A stretch of DNA of 64,000 nucleotides from an uncultured bacterium. Lineage in GTDB: Bacteria > Bacteroidota > Ignavibacteria > UBA10030 > BY39. Positions within the stretch are counted from its first letter, which is position 1; every line of letters begins with the position of its first letter. The stretch covers positions 70,293 through 134,292 of the forward strand of contig CALCJK010000018.1 in NCBI GenBank assembly GCA_937967455.1. The letters run 5' to 3'. Of the stretch, positions 63,196 to 64,000 are shown piece after piece. The notes under the pieces were generated by a model. It saw only the letters and a list, made by a program, of their open reading frames with translations. It was not told the origin of the DNA and searched no databases. The position numbers and the translations under genes are program-made.

Positions 63196-64000
63196 TGATA
63201 GATTTTATTGTATCAATTTTTATTGTGCTTTTCGCTGTATCGGTAGTGATTGTTGCAAGAGTTATTATTAATAAGCGTAAGAGACTGTGCGAGTTAAAGA
63301 AAGAAGAAGAAAAGAAGGCACAAGAGGAGCAAAAGAAAAGATGTCAAGAAGAAAATCCTCTTAGGGAATTAGAAGAAGCCAAAGACAGCAAAGAGAAGGC
63401 AGATATAAAACAATTGGAGCCTGAGGAGAAAGAATTAGAGGTAGAATCAGAAGAGATCAAACAGGAAGAACAAGAAGAATGGCCGGAGCCAGTGAAAACG
63501 ACCCCACCCAATAAAAGAGGGGGAAGACCAAGAGGCAATACAGAACAGGGATCTTCAAGTGAGACATCTCCTGAGGAGAGACCACGCCATTTGAAGCCCG
63601 AAATCATTTGTTGGAATAAAAATCGGAACTGGATTGTTTGCATAGAGGTTCCTGAAGAGATTGTATCGCCACGAGTAACTCAAAATGATGAATTACTTGA
63701 GCAGGATACTTCCGATAATACCCGTTACCATCTTAAATACCTCGAGGGTAAAGTAAAAGTTTCTTGGAACAATGGGGAACAAGAGAAAGAAATCCGTATC
63801 CCTGTTACCGAAGAAGGCAGGAATTATCTTGTTTTCAAAATGCGAAAAGATTGGCATGGATTGGGGAGGCTGGTCAAATACCCGACAACCGGCTACTATC
63901 TAATAATTGTTCCAGAAGAATGGCAACGCGACGAAAAGGCGTCAGGCTCCGCTCCTGTAGTACCAGAAAATGTTCAAGTAAACGGATATAAAGCACATTT
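63196..64000 (+). CDS. cassette 6: membrane-anchored protein with Glu/Lys-rich linker and C-terminal globular domain (partial, continues past window end)
   Basis: Not in ORF track (no stop before the window end). ATG 63196 follows GAAGGTGAAG. Manual translation reads MIDFIVSIFIVLFAVSVVIVARVIINKRKRLCELKKEEEKKAQEEQKK...RYHLKYLEGKVKVSWNNGEQEKEIRIPVTEEGRNYLVFKMRKDWHGLGRLVKYPTTGYYLIIVPEEWQRDEK..., open to position 64000. Confidence 0.55.

Noticed and set aside
63344-63643. 99-aa minus-strand ORF rich in S/L/G
   Set aside because: It is antisense to the Glu/Lys-rich linker of the long + strand ORF 63196..64000. Its low-complexity Ser/Leu composition is the mirror of GAA/AAG repeats.
1-64000. CRISPR arrays, rRNA or tRNA genes
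   Set aside because: No regularly spaced direct repeats with unique spacers were found, no rRNA-like conserved blocks, and no cloverleaf/T-loop (GGTTCGAnTCC) signatures in the intergenic regions examined.

Overview
AT-rich (~33-35% GC) bacterial chromosome segment. Four proteins end in a type IX secretion (T9SS/Por) C-terminal sorting domain (QNYPNPFNS...GxYFYRL...GKMILxK), which suggests an Ignavibacteria/Chlorobi/Bacteroidota-like organism. Positions 1-50.2 kb are mostly core genes. These include an archaeal-type HMG-CoA synthase/thiolase/DUF35 trio, aspS, deoC, an mltG-tsaD operon, and a complete yceD-rpmF-plsX-fabH-fabD-fabG-acpP-fabF-rnc lipid-synthesis cluster carrying an extra Cys-rich gene. 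Further along are gcvPB, an Omp85-family outer-membrane protein, rsmE, two Na+ symporters, an archease-rtcB-panD unit, pta, an octaheme c-type cytochrome with a T9SS sorting tail, a TonB-dependent receptor, and a membrane-anchored P-loop NTPase preceded by a riboswitch-like leader. From ~50.3 kb to the window end the region looks horizontally acquired. It has a 1.3 kb ORF-free AT-rich stretch, an MFS transporter flanked by a ~22-nt direct repeat, and a TauE exporter. A Type IIG restriction-modification gene there is broken by two frameshifts. Next comes an array of at least five gene cassettes on the + strand. Each cassette ends in an integron attC-like site: an R'' box (A[C/T]ATAAC) overlapping or just after the stop codon, imperfect internal inverted repeats, and an R' box (GTTA[T/G][A/G][T/C]). 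No integrase was found in the window, so this resembles a CALIN-like array. The cassettes carry a methyltransferase plus putative endonuclease pair, several unknown higher-GC genes, and a ThsB-like TIR-domain protein paired with a 144-aa three-TM protein. No ThsA (SIR2/SLOG/Macro) gene accompanies the TIR protein, so this pair is the best candidate for an undescribed minimal TIR+membrane-effector defence module. No rRNA, tRNA or CRISPR arrays were detected.
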